A program made the translations under genes and the position numbers. A stretch of DNA of 56,006 bases from Parcubacteria group bacterium LiPW_41. Its GTDB lineage: Bacteria > Patescibacteriota > Minisyncoccia > UBA6257 > GWB1-50-10. This document shows positions 17,761 to 26,070 of the stretch, piece after piece. The stretch covers positions 1 to 56,006 of the forward strand of contig VMEM01000006.1 of the NCBI GenBank assembly GCA_007375535.1. Reading direction: 5' to 3'. The notes beneath the pieces are model-generated. The model was not told the DNA's origin. It made no database searches and worked only from the letters and a program-made list of their open reading frames with translations. Positions within the stretch are counted from its first letter, which is position 1. Each line of letters begins with the position of its first letter.

Positions 17761-18193
17761 ATTCATCAAAAAAGTTTTTTCCAGTTTTATACGCCTCAAA
17801 AAATGTGTCTAATCGATAAAACAATCGTTCCATTGGGATCGCATCAAGCGGATACCATTCCCATCCTTCACATTTTTCTGGTTCCATAATTGTTGGCTCC
17901 CCAGATGCCCAATCAGCAACAAGTCCAATATCAACAAAATGTTTTGGTGGGTATCCCTTGAGATTCAATAGACGCAAAAATCGAATGTTTTTTATCTCTA
18001 TTCCTGCCTCTTCCTTTACCTCACGACGCGCACAATCCTCAAACGATTCCATATGCTCCATTTTTCCCCCAGGGAACGACAAATCTCCTGCACCATGTGC
18101 ACCCTTTCGTTTTCCCATTAAAACCCTATCGTCTTTTAGGATCATTACTGCAATTCCTACCTTTGGCCAATATTCATGATTCACGTCGTTCAT
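17759..18193 (-). CDS. NUDIX hydrolase (MutT/NUDT15-like)
   Basis: Nudix box GGKMEHMESFEDCARREVKEEAG; EPEKCEGWEW; start taken at 18193. Confidence 0.9.
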   Translation of the reverse strand: MNDVNHEYWPKVGIAVMILKDDRVLMGKRKGAHGAGDLSFPGGKMEHMESFEDCARREVKEEAGIEIKNIRFLRLLNLKGYPPKHFVDIGLVADWASGEPTIMEPEKCEGWEWYPLDAIPMERLFYRLDTFFEAYKTGKNFFDE

Positions 18194-18295
18194 ATATTCA
18201 ATAATACCAGAGTGCAAAGAACACTTATTGACATAAATCTATTAAAATTGTATGTTTATATTCTTAAAAACTAAATAAAGAGAGAGGCTTCGATA

Positions 18296-18757
18296 ATGAG
18301 ACTAACGGAATTTATTGTGTATGCAAAAAAGAGGGGGTATGCAAATATCCACAAAGACACAGAGGTAATAAAAAATCTCAAAACTGGTTCAATAAAAATA
18401 ATCATTCGATATGGAGACTGGGAGTATATCGATAAATATGATGGATCCACTGCATTTATGGGTAGAGAGGTTGTGTATTTTAAAGGGAAACCAGTGTGGG
18501 GAATGAATTACCAAGGAAGAATTTTTATAAAAGCAAAAGAAATCAAACCAGAGATCACTGCGTTCCTTAAAAAAGCACTTCTGAATGTTGAGGAGAAAAA
18601 ACCATTCAGAGGACCACAAACATTTTCTGATGAAGAGTTTAGCTATATGAATTCGGTACATGGACCACTCCATTTCTTCTCAGGTGAAGAAATGATTTCA
18701 AAAAGAACCGGAGGGATGCTCTACGAACTCAGATATAACGGCGGAAATCTCAAATAA
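18296..18757 (+). CDS. DUF5680-like protein
   Basis: Y.D.Y.G...F.G.E.VY..GKPVW.MNY.G...FLKKAL...PFRGP pattern. Confidence 0.7.
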   Translation: MRLTEFIVYAKKRGYANIHKDTEVIKNLKTGSIKIIIRYGDWEYIDKYDGSTAFMGREVVYFKGKPVWGMNYQGRIFIKAKEIKPEITAFLKKALLNVEEKKPFRGPQTFSDEEFSYMNSVHGPLHFFSGEEMISKRTGGMLYELRYNGGNLK

Positions 18758-18764
18758 CAATATT

Positions 18765-18790
18765 CTCCCCAAATGGGGAGATTTTTTTAT
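18765..18790. terminator. Terminator between convergent genes
   Basis: CTCCCC-AAAT-GGGGAG followed by a T-run. Confidence 0.75.
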
Positions 18791-19557
18791 TTTAAATATC
18801 CAATTTTTTTTAACCACTCCTCATGTTCCCATTCCCACAAACGTTTTGCGCCGAGAAATGCTTCAAAATCGTTTTCAACATTATGAAGTTCCTTTAGTTC
18901 AATATATCCAACGAGTGGGCCAAACTCATGTTTACACGAACGCATAAAGGGGTCATCCCATTTAATTTTTACCTGCTCACGCCCACCTTTTGCACGGAGC
19001 GCTGCACCACAATTCATACAAAGTCGACTCTGATCGATTCGTAATATCCAACGGGTAGAGAGTTCTGGAAATAATTCTTTCATTGCATAAAAATATGCGG
19101 AGGTTTGAATATTATAATCCCGATAAATCTCTTGCGAAGTCTTAATGTCCAGTATTCCAAGCTTTCCTCCAATACGCGCAATTGCATCAAGCGTTCCCGC
19201 ATATTTATGTTCATCACTTTTAAGTCGAACCTCAACATGTTTTGGATCAACCTCAATATTATTATCAAGAAGATACTCTGCAAACGCTGCCATTGATGGG
19301 GTAATAGAGTAGGGAATAACTGGCTTCTGCCCCATAAGAATTGCCTCAGCCGCCTCATGAATCATTGTTCCTTCTACTGCTGACTGTTCTTTTACCTGTT
19401 CCGCCGCACGATAATTGGGCATCTTTGCATAAAAATAATAGAGTGCTGGCTTCGCTTTAATCTCAACAATTTTTGTCACTCGGGGATACCACACATCGTT
19501 TTCTAGAGTATATCCACATGCATCTTTAAATTCATCCGGAGTTTTGAAGTCATCCAT
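18787..19557 (-). CDS. PD-(D/E)XK nuclease (AddB/Cas4/phage exonuclease-like)
   Basis: YPRVT.I, GTMIHE, E, YAGTLDA, DIKTS, Q.SAY motifs; start taken at 19557. Confidence 0.85.
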   Translation of the reverse strand: MDDFKTPDEFKDACGYTLENDVWYPRVTKIVEIKAKPALYYFYAKMPNYRAAEQVKEQSAVEGTMIHEAAEAILMGQKPVIPYSITPSMAAFAEYLLDNNIEVDPKHVEVRLKSDEHKYAGTLDAIARIGGKLGILDIKTSQEIYRDYNIQTSAYFYAMKELFPELSTRWILRIDQSRLCMNCGAALRAKGGREQVKIKWDDPFMRSCKHEFGPLVGYIELKELHNVENDFEAFLGAKRLWEWEHEEWLKKIGYLK

Positions 19558-19658
19558 ATTATCCAATTGTATCAGTGTTTTTCTCTTGCTTGTATTGACA
19601 CAAATAGACAATTATATTAGTATCACCTAGCACATTAAATCACTAAATCGGAGGCTTC

Positions 19659-19865
19659 ATGATAGCTGTTGATGTTGATATCCCAAAATACTTTTTACGC
19701 GCTGATCTCTACAGAAATAATTCACTTGAAAATGTGGATAAAAGAGTGAATGCGCAAGATGATCAAACTGCATTTAAAGAAAGGGACAGGTTAATTGAGA
19801 AACATCAAAAAATTGGAAATATAGTAAATCCAAAACTGACAAAAAACGGTCAAATCATTGGATAG
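19659..19865 (+). CDS. Small hypothetical protein
   Basis: GGAGG SD at 19650-54. Confidence 0.6.
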   Translation: MIAVDVDIPKYFLRADLYRNNSLENVDKRVNAQDDQTAFKERDRLIEKHQKIGNIVNPKLTKNGQIIG

Positions 19866-19873
19866 GAGGTTCA

Positions 19874-20143
19874 ATGTATTACAAACTTAGGTACCCACTA
19901 AAAAAACCTGGTGTCAAAGAACCGGAAGGAAAGACAACTATCTCGGGACGAAAAAAAGATATTTTTGTTCATACATTCCAGGCAGATAGTATTACAAAAG
20001 CAAAAGAACACGCAAAAGAACACCTTAACTCTGCAGCAAACGACGACGTACTCGGTAAAGGCAAAATAACATTGTGTGAAGGAATATCGGCATACAAAGG
20101 ACACTTCCAAGTGACAAAAAAAATTCCATTCACATACAAATAA
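19874..20143 (+). CDS. Small basic hypothetical protein
   Basis: AGGAGG SD at 19864-69; terminator follows. Confidence 0.68.
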   Translation: MYYKLRYPLKKPGVKEPEGKTTISGRKKDIFVHTFQADSITKAKEHAKEHLNSAANDDVLGKGKITLCEGISAYKGHFQVTKKIPFTYK

Positions 20144-20149
20144 CAATTA

Positions 20150-20176
20150 CCCCGCGCAATGCGGGGCTTTTATTTT
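20150..20176 (+). terminator. Intrinsic terminator
   Basis: CCCCGC-GCAAT-GCGGGG followed by T-runs. Confidence 0.75.
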
Positions 20177-20423
20177 AGACAAATAGTACCTTAATGTGTT
20201 ATTTCATGGAAATGCGGGGGAGTACCACAAATAATGAATTAACATAAAAATAAGAACATTAAATTATTTTTTGAAAACAAATTTTCTATAGAAATTATTT
20301 TAAAGATAGAAAGTAAAATAAATACCACAAACAAAGTGGATCATAGGTGGAAAACCATATTTAAATAAGTGTTGGAAAACCCGAGGGGAAGTGTGAAAAA
20401 CACTAGTATTCTGACGTTTAGAT

Positions 20424-20451
20424 ATGTCGCACAATATACCTTTTGCGACAT
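20424..20451. other. dif-like tyrosine-recombinase site (11-6-11)
   Basis: ATGTCGCACAA-TATACC-TTTTGCGACAT; arms inverted with 1 mismatch; spacer resembles the E. coli dif spacer; sits at the gene-polarity switch. Confidence 0.55.
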
Positions 20452-20551
20452 TAGTATGTAATTACTAATGTCACAAATACATGCTTAATCCTTTTACGAC
20501 GAGATTTATTTAGTCGTAAAAGGATAGTTTGCGACAGTACCGGATAAACAA

Positions 20552-20579
20552 AAAATCTGTCATTGCAATGACAGATTTT
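20552..20579. terminator. 28-bp perfect palindrome, probable terminator of the long - strand operon
   Basis: AAAATCTGTCATTGCAATGACAGATTTT. Confidence 0.6.
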
Positions 20580-20600
20580 ATTTTCTACAACAACTCTATC

Positions 20601-21032
20601 TTATACCATCTCAATAATCTTTCGCATAATTTCGAAAATATATTTAATAAATTGTCTCACTATGTCTGTCGCGCGCCCAACAAAATCTGGCGCATCAGCA
20701 GGATTTGTGCTGCCGATAAGCCCTGAGACCCGTTCCAATAGGTTCATTGTGTATTCTGGTGTTATTTTCTGCGAAGATCCTGCATTGACGCCTGGCAGTG
20801 CCTGTCCTGTGGCCATTTTTTCAATATCAACTCCAAACTTTGATTCCATTTTCTTTTTTGCTTGGTCAGCAATATCAAATACTTCTTTTACTGGCTCAGG
20901 AAGAAAACTTTTTAAAATTATCTCAAGCGGATTCGTCGAACTTGTTGTTTGAGCATTTACATTGTTTGAAACAAAAAAGGAACTCAAAAACAAAAGTGTT
21001 ACCATTGCGTTACATAGAATTATTTTTTTCAT
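20601..21032 (-). CDS. Secreted hypothetical protein
   Basis: Signal peptide MKKIILCNAMVTLLFLSSFFVSNNVNA|Q. Confidence 0.75.
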   Translation of the reverse strand: MKKIILCNAMVTLLFLSSFFVSNNVNAQTTSSTNPLEIILKSFLPEPVKEVFDIADQAKKKMESKFGVDIEKMATGQALPGVNAGSSQKITPEYTMNLLERVSGLIGSTNPADAPDFVGRATDIVRQFIKYIFEIMRKIIEMV

Positions 21033-21040
21033 ATATAATT

Positions 21041-22366
21041 TTATTTGCATCCAGAATCTCTCCCATGTGGATATCCAACAAGAGACGGAAGATATGTTGC
21101 CGGATCAATGGTGACACCAATCGGCACAACTCCAGCTGCTGGTGGTATTACTTTATATTGTAACGTAGGGGCCCACAAAACACCAAAATGTAAATGTGGC
21201 CCAAATGAATAACCAGTATTACCCGAATATCCTATTATCATTCCTTTTTCCACTCGATCTCCCTCTTTTACTGACTGCGAAGAAAGATGGGCATAAATGG
21301 TGGCAAGATTATTGTCATGTTTTATAACAACATATTTTCCATATTGATATTTTGTCCATCGAGTTTTTCCTCGATCGTTATTCCCTACCTTTACAATTTT
21401 TCCTGATTCAACTGCAAGAATGGGAGTTCCAACTGGTGTTCCAAAATCAACTCCGTTATGCGATTTTGTTTTGTACAATTTCTGTGCTGAAGGAGTCTTT
21501 CCATAACACTGCGTTACATATGGTGACTCAACTGGAAAATCCAAAACTCCAAATCGTTGAATTGGTAAAAGATTTGGGTTGAATCCAGAGCGCAGCTTGT
21601 CTTCTACTGCAGCAATTGCATTTCCAATTTCTTCCTGCTTCTTATCAAGTTCTTCAAGTTGTTTTGCATACAGTTGCTCTTGTGATTTTGTAACCTCAAG
21701 AATTTTTTGTTTTTCTGCTTTTTGTTCCGCAGTTATTTGTTGCAAAGATTGTAACGTCTCTTTTTGTGTTTCTTTTTGTCCTTTCTTTTGTTTTGTTAAT
21801 TGAAGCTTATCTTTGTATTCAACTTGTAATGATTGTAAATCTTTTATATTAGTTGACAAAGCAGAATTAAGTGTTTTAATAGTTTCAATTTTTTCGATAC
21901 TATCACTCAAGGATTCACTCTTTAACAATCGCTCAATAAATGACTCACTATCTGCCTGTTGTAACTCCCCTACTAATCTTCCAATAGCTATTCTCTTTGT
22001 CTCGATTTCATTGGCGATATTACGAATATCACTGCCTAAAACACCAATTTCCATATCAAGCTTTTCAATATGAACCGAACTTGATTTTATAGAAAGATTC
22101 AATTGATTAATACTTGTATTGTAAACTTGAATATCTTTTTTTAATGAATTTCCAACCTCACTTACCGCATCAAGTGAGCGCTGCAAAAGATCTCTTTGTT
22201 CTTTTATTTTTTCGAGCTCACTACTTTTTTCTTGAATATTTTTTTCTAAATCACCAAGCGCATTAGAAAAAAAAGAAAACGGAGAAGACTGCGCAAAGAC
22301 ACTATTAAAAAGAAAAAAGACAACAACGGCTACGCTCGCGATACATAATCTAAGCGTTTTTTTCAT
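21041..22366 (-). CDS. Coiled-coil + M23 peptidase (EnvC/PcsB-like murein hydrolase)
   Basis: Signal peptide, long coiled coil, H.G.D (HNGVD) and HxH (GPHLHF) zinc motifs. Confidence 0.9.
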   Translation of the reverse strand: MKKTLRLCIASVAVVVFFLFNSVFAQSSPFSFFSNALGDLEKNIQEKSSELEKIKEQRDLLQRSLDAVSEVGNSLKKDIQVYNTSINQLNLSIKSSSVHIEKLDMEIGVLGSDIRNIANEIETKRIAIGRLVGELQQADSESFIERLLKSESLSDSIEKIETIKTLNSALSTNIKDLQSLQVEYKDKLQLTKQKKGQKETQKETLQSLQQITAEQKAEKQKILEVTKSQEQLYAKQLEELDKKQEEIGNAIAAVEDKLRSGFNPNLLPIQRFGVLDFPVESPYVTQCYGKTPSAQKLYKTKSHNGVDFGTPVGTPILAVESGKIVKVGNNDRGKTRWTKYQYGKYVVIKHDNNLATIYAHLSSQSVKEGDRVEKGMIIGYSGNTGYSFGPHLHFGVLWAPTLQYKVIPPAAGVVPIGVTIDPATYLPSLVGYPHGRDSGCK

Positions 22367-22367
22367 A

Positions 22368-23753
22368 TTAAGAAATTTTTTGAATCGCAATTTCTATCCT
22401 CTTTTCGGCTTCACTAGATCCAAGTACCGTTAAAAGTTCAATTGGTCCAGGTGAATTTTGAAGTCCAGAAAGCGCAACACGAAGTGGCCACAATACATTT
22501 CCCTTTCCTTCCTTTGTTGCATACTCCATTATTTGCGTAGCACTATCTCCCCCTTTTCTGAGAATGGTCAAAATTTCTTCTAAATGCTTCTTTGATTCCG
22601 AAAGTGGCAGATCTTTCCACATAAGAAGTTGAGAATCATATGAAATAATCTCAAAAAATGGACGCGCCTCAATTCTAAAATCGCTTAATTTTTTCATTCG
22701 CTCCCGAGCAAGCTCAACTGCTCGAGAAAGTTTTTCCTTGTTGGATTTCCATTCTTCAGGAATGAATGTGAGTACTTGTTCAACAAGATCAGGAAGTGGA
22801 ACCATTCGTATGTGCATAGCATTCAGCCAATCAAGTTTTTCAGTATTGTATACTGCACCAGCTTTTTGAACTCGTTTGAGAGAAAATTCTTTTTTCATCT
22901 CTTCGACAGTTAATATTTCTCGATCATTTTCTGGATGCCAACCCAACAAAACAAGAAAATTCAAAACCGCAGAAGGAAGATATCCCTCTTCACGATATTT
23001 ATTCAATGCGTCTTGAATAAACCTCTTTGAAAGTTTCTTTTTGTTTGCATCTAAGATAAGTGGCAAGTGCCCATACTGAACGTGTGGGAAACCAAGCAAA
23101 TCCTGAATCACAACTTGCTTTGGAGTATTTGGTAAATGCTCCTCTCCACGGATGACATGGGTAATTTTTGTTTCATGATCGTCAATTACTACTGCAAAAT
23201 TATAAAGAGGCTCTAAAAGATTTTTTGCAATAATGATATCACCAAATAATTTTGTCTCGAAACTAACCTTTCCACGAATTACATCATTAAATACAACTGT
23301 TTCTTCTGGCATTTTAATTCTAATAACAGAACTAAGCGCCATTTTCTTTTGCTCTTCGATATCTTTTGCGCGAGAACGACATCGCCCGCTATACTTCGGT
23401 ACCAATCCCTGACTCATTTGCGCTTGATATTCCGCCTCAAGATCTTCTTCGGAACACGTGCAACAATATGCTTTTCCTTCTTCGATAAGCTTCAAAAGAT
23501 AGTTTTTGTAGGTTTCCGTACGTTCACTTTGACGCCAAATTGGCTCATCGGAATATATTCCAAACCATTCAAGGTTTTTAATAATATCGTCTTCAAAGCG
23601 CTTTTCTGAACGCTCTTTGTCTGTATCTTCAATACGCAAAATAAACTTTCCACCCTCTTTTTTAGCGAAAAGCCAGTTAAATAGCGCTGTTCTAACACCC
23701 CCAATATGTAGAAATCCTGTCGGCGATGGTGCAAAACGTACACGAACACTCAT
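22368..23753 (-). CDS. gltX: Glutamate--tRNA ligase
   Basis: RVRFAPSPTG.LHIGG, RIEDTD, KLSKR. Confidence 0.97.
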   Translation of the reverse strand: MSVRVRFAPSPTGFLHIGGVRTALFNWLFAKKEGGKFILRIEDTDKERSEKRFEDDIIKNLEWFGIYSDEPIWRQSERTETYKNYLLKLIEEGKAYCCTCSEEDLEAEYQAQMSQGLVPKYSGRCRSRAKDIEEQKKMALSSVIRIKMPEETVVFNDVIRGKVSFETKLFGDIIIAKNLLEPLYNFAVVIDDHETKITHVIRGEEHLPNTPKQVVIQDLLGFPHVQYGHLPLILDANKKKLSKRFIQDALNKYREEGYLPSAVLNFLVLLGWHPENDREILTVEEMKKEFSLKRVQKAGAVYNTEKLDWLNAMHIRMVPLPDLVEQVLTFIPEEWKSNKEKLSRAVELARERMKKLSDFRIEARPFFEIISYDSQLLMWKDLPLSESKKHLEEILTILRKGGDSATQIMEYATKEGKGNVLWPLRVALSGLQNSPGPIELLTVLGSSEAEKRIEIAIQKIS

Positions 23754-23785
23754 ATGCCCCATTATACCTCATTTTTGAGCCTCCG

Positions 23786-24937
23786 TCACGCTTTTACGAG
23801 CCCATTTACCTCTTCAGCAATTCGAACTGCAGACTGAGGAACAAAGAAGGTGTTAATCACTTCTTCTCCATTTTTTGGTTTAAAATCTGAGGAAATGAGA
23901 GTATGAATTCTTGACTGAAGTGTATGAAGTGTCATATTAGCTTCCTCAAGTACAAAAGCATATCCAGTTTTTGAATATGAGAATGCATTAACCCTCTGAT
24001 GATCTCCCGCAGATTCTTCAAGAGGAATGAGAATTGATGGCGTCTTAAATGATGCTATCTCAAAAATTGCACCAGAACCTGCACGAGAAATAATAACATC
24101 AGCAGCGGTCATTGCGTGTTTCATTTCTTCAACACTCATATATGCAATCGCTCTATATCTACTATGAAGTTCTCGAGGTACAAGCGCCATTATCTCGCGC
24201 ATAGACATTTCAATTTCTTGATAATTACCTTGGCCCACTTGATGTAAAACTTGTACATCTTTAAGTAATTCCACCAAATTCTCTGTTATAAATGAATTTA
24301 TTCGTTGTGACCCCTGAGACCCACCAAGAACTAATGCTAATGGGATGTGTTCATCCATTCTCCAAAAATTTTTTGCTCCTTCTTTTGACATCCTGTTCTT
24401 TATAAATTCATCACGAATTGGATTTCCAGTAATAACTACTTTTTTTTCATTAAAGAATTCTTTCGATTCAGAAAATGCAACACAAATCTTATCAGCAAAT
24501 TTTGAAGAAATTTTGTTTGAAAGTCCAGGAACTGCATCTGACTCATGAATAACAATAGGAATTCTATAAAACCAAGCGGCAATAACAACAGGAATTGATC
24601 CTGGTCCCCCTTTTGAAAAAAGTACATCAGGCATTACCAAGAGTAAAGAAAAAAGTGCTTGGAATATACTAATAAAAAATTTTGGTACATCAAAAATATT
24701 TTGAATAGAAGCATATCGCCTCAATCTACTTCCAATTATTGGATGAACACGAATATTTCTGAATTCAAATTCATTCAAATAAATTCCGGGATTTCCAAAA
24801 TAATGAAACGTAACAACTGTATCGTCATAAGGACCGCGTTTTTTTGAAAGCGCGTCGCATACTGAAAGTAATGGATAAATATGTCCACCTGTTCCACCTC
24901 CAGTAATTCCTATTCTTATTTTTTTATTTTCTCTCAT
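23786..24937 (-). CDS. murG: MurG N-acetylglucosaminyl transferase
   Basis: TGGGTGGHIYP, IHESD..PG, GNPIR, GGSQG, SRAG, HQ..NA. Confidence 0.95.
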   Translation of the reverse strand: MRENKKIRIGITGGGTGGHIYPLLSVCDALSKKRGPYDDTVVTFHYFGNPGIYLNEFEFRNIRVHPIIGSRLRRYASIQNIFDVPKFFISIFQALFSLLLVMPDVLFSKGGPGSIPVVIAAWFYRIPIVIHESDAVPGLSNKISSKFADKICVAFSESKEFFNEKKVVITGNPIRDEFIKNRMSKEGAKNFWRMDEHIPLALVLGGSQGSQRINSFITENLVELLKDVQVLHQVGQGNYQEIEMSMREIMALVPRELHSRYRAIAYMSVEEMKHAMTAADVIISRAGSGAIFEIASFKTPSILIPLEESAGDHQRVNAFSYSKTGYAFVLEEANMTLHTLQSRIHTLISSDFKPKNGEEVINTFFVPQSAVRIAEEVNGLVKA

Positions 24938-24939
24938 AG

Positions 24940-26070
24940 TTATCGTTTATATTTTGATACATTTGCAATAATTCCTGCCATAGTAAGAAATACAGCAAGA
25001 GCTGTTCCTCCATAACTCACAAACGGTAGCGGAACACCAGTTAAAGGAATAACCCCAGAGATTGCAGCAATATTAACAAATGTCTGAAGTCCCAATATAC
25101 TCATAAACCCAACAACTAAATATTTTCCAAAACTATCTGGGGCACGAGTAGCAATTCTAAACCCACGCCAAAGAAACGCTAAGAAAAAAATAAGAAATCC
25201 AATTGCCCCAATAAATCCAAGTTCCTCTGCAATAACAGCAAAGATAGAATCCCCAATTGGTTCAGGGAGAAAATGAAGTTTTGAAGTAGATTTTCCAAAT
25301 CCAACCCCAAACACTCCTCCAGATCCAATTGCATTGAGGGCCTGATTTATATGCCAACCCTTCCCAAGTGGATCACTTTCTGGATGCAAAAAAGTTGTAA
25401 CACGCTTCAATCGATAATTTTCTCCACTCTCATTTTTTACCCCAAAAATGAGAACACCCAAAGAAACAACCCCAATAAGAATCATTCCAATAAAAAACTT
25501 TGGTTTTGCTCCCGCAATAAAATAAGTAATAAGAGAAGAAAAAAACACAAGTGCAGCTGTTGAAGTTGCTGGTTGCAATATAAGCAAAATCATCACCGCA
25601 CCAACAAGAAGTGAAAAGGGAATAAAACCACTAATAAAACTTTTACTTCGTTCTTGATTTTTTCCAACCCACGCAGATAAGTAAACAAGAAATGCTAACT
25701 TAATGAACTCACCGGGTTGGAACTTAAAGACTTTAAAATCAACCCAACGAGCGCCACCTTTTTGTACATCAACCAACGGAGTAAATACCAAACACAATAA
25801 TATAATTCCAAGAACAAGAAGTGGAATTGAAATTTTTTCCCACACTCTATAATACAAAAAATATCCAATAAGGAATCCAATTATCCCAACAGATAACCCA
25901 TTTGTTATTTGATGTTTAAGAAAATACATACTATCCCCCGTTTCTGTTTTTGCTAAATCAGAAGACGCACTCGTTAGTATTACTAAACCAAAAATAATAA
26001 TAACAATAAGGAATCCAAGAAAAACAAAATCAGGAGATGAACTTTTAGGAATTCGTATCTTTTTAATCAT
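24940..26070 (-). CDS. ftsW: SEDS peptidoglycan polymerase FtsW
   Basis: About 10 TM helices, GGARW, QPGEF.K, GSGG..G.G, PFVSYGG; ATGA-coupled start at 26070. Confidence 0.93.
   Translation of the reverse strand: MIKKIRIPKSSSPDFVFLGFLIVIIIFGLVILTSASSDLAKTETGDSMYFLKHQITNGLSVGIIGFLIGYFLYYRVWEKISIPLLVLGIILLCLVFTPLVDVQKGGARWVDFKVFKFQPGEFIKLAFLVYLSAWVGKNQERSKSFISGFIPFSLLVGAVMILLILQPATSTAALVFFSSLITYFIAGAKPKFFIGMILIGVVSLGVLIFGVKNESGENYRLKRVTTFLHPESDPLGKGWHINQALNAIGSGGVFGVGFGKSTSKLHFLPEPIGDSIFAVIAEELGFIGAIGFLIFFLAFLWRGFRIATRAPDSFGKYLVVGFMSILGLQTFVNIAAISGVIPLTGVPLPFVSYGGTALAVFLTMAGIIANVSKYKR

Noticed and set aside
16433-18760. Integron cassette array
   Set aside because: No intI and no attC-like structures between the genes
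18787-19557. cas4 of a CRISPR system
   Set aside because: No cas1/cas2 or array, and no Cas4-type Fe-S cysteine arrangement
20206-20247. 13-aa ORF and a XerD-like half site (AATTAACATAA, 20237-47)
   Set aside because: The ORF has no SD, and the half site has no partner arm at 6-bp spacing
20144-20600. oriC
   Set aside because: Only one consensus-type DnaA box (20392-400) plus weak variants; genes converge rather than diverge here; no dnaA or dnaN nearby
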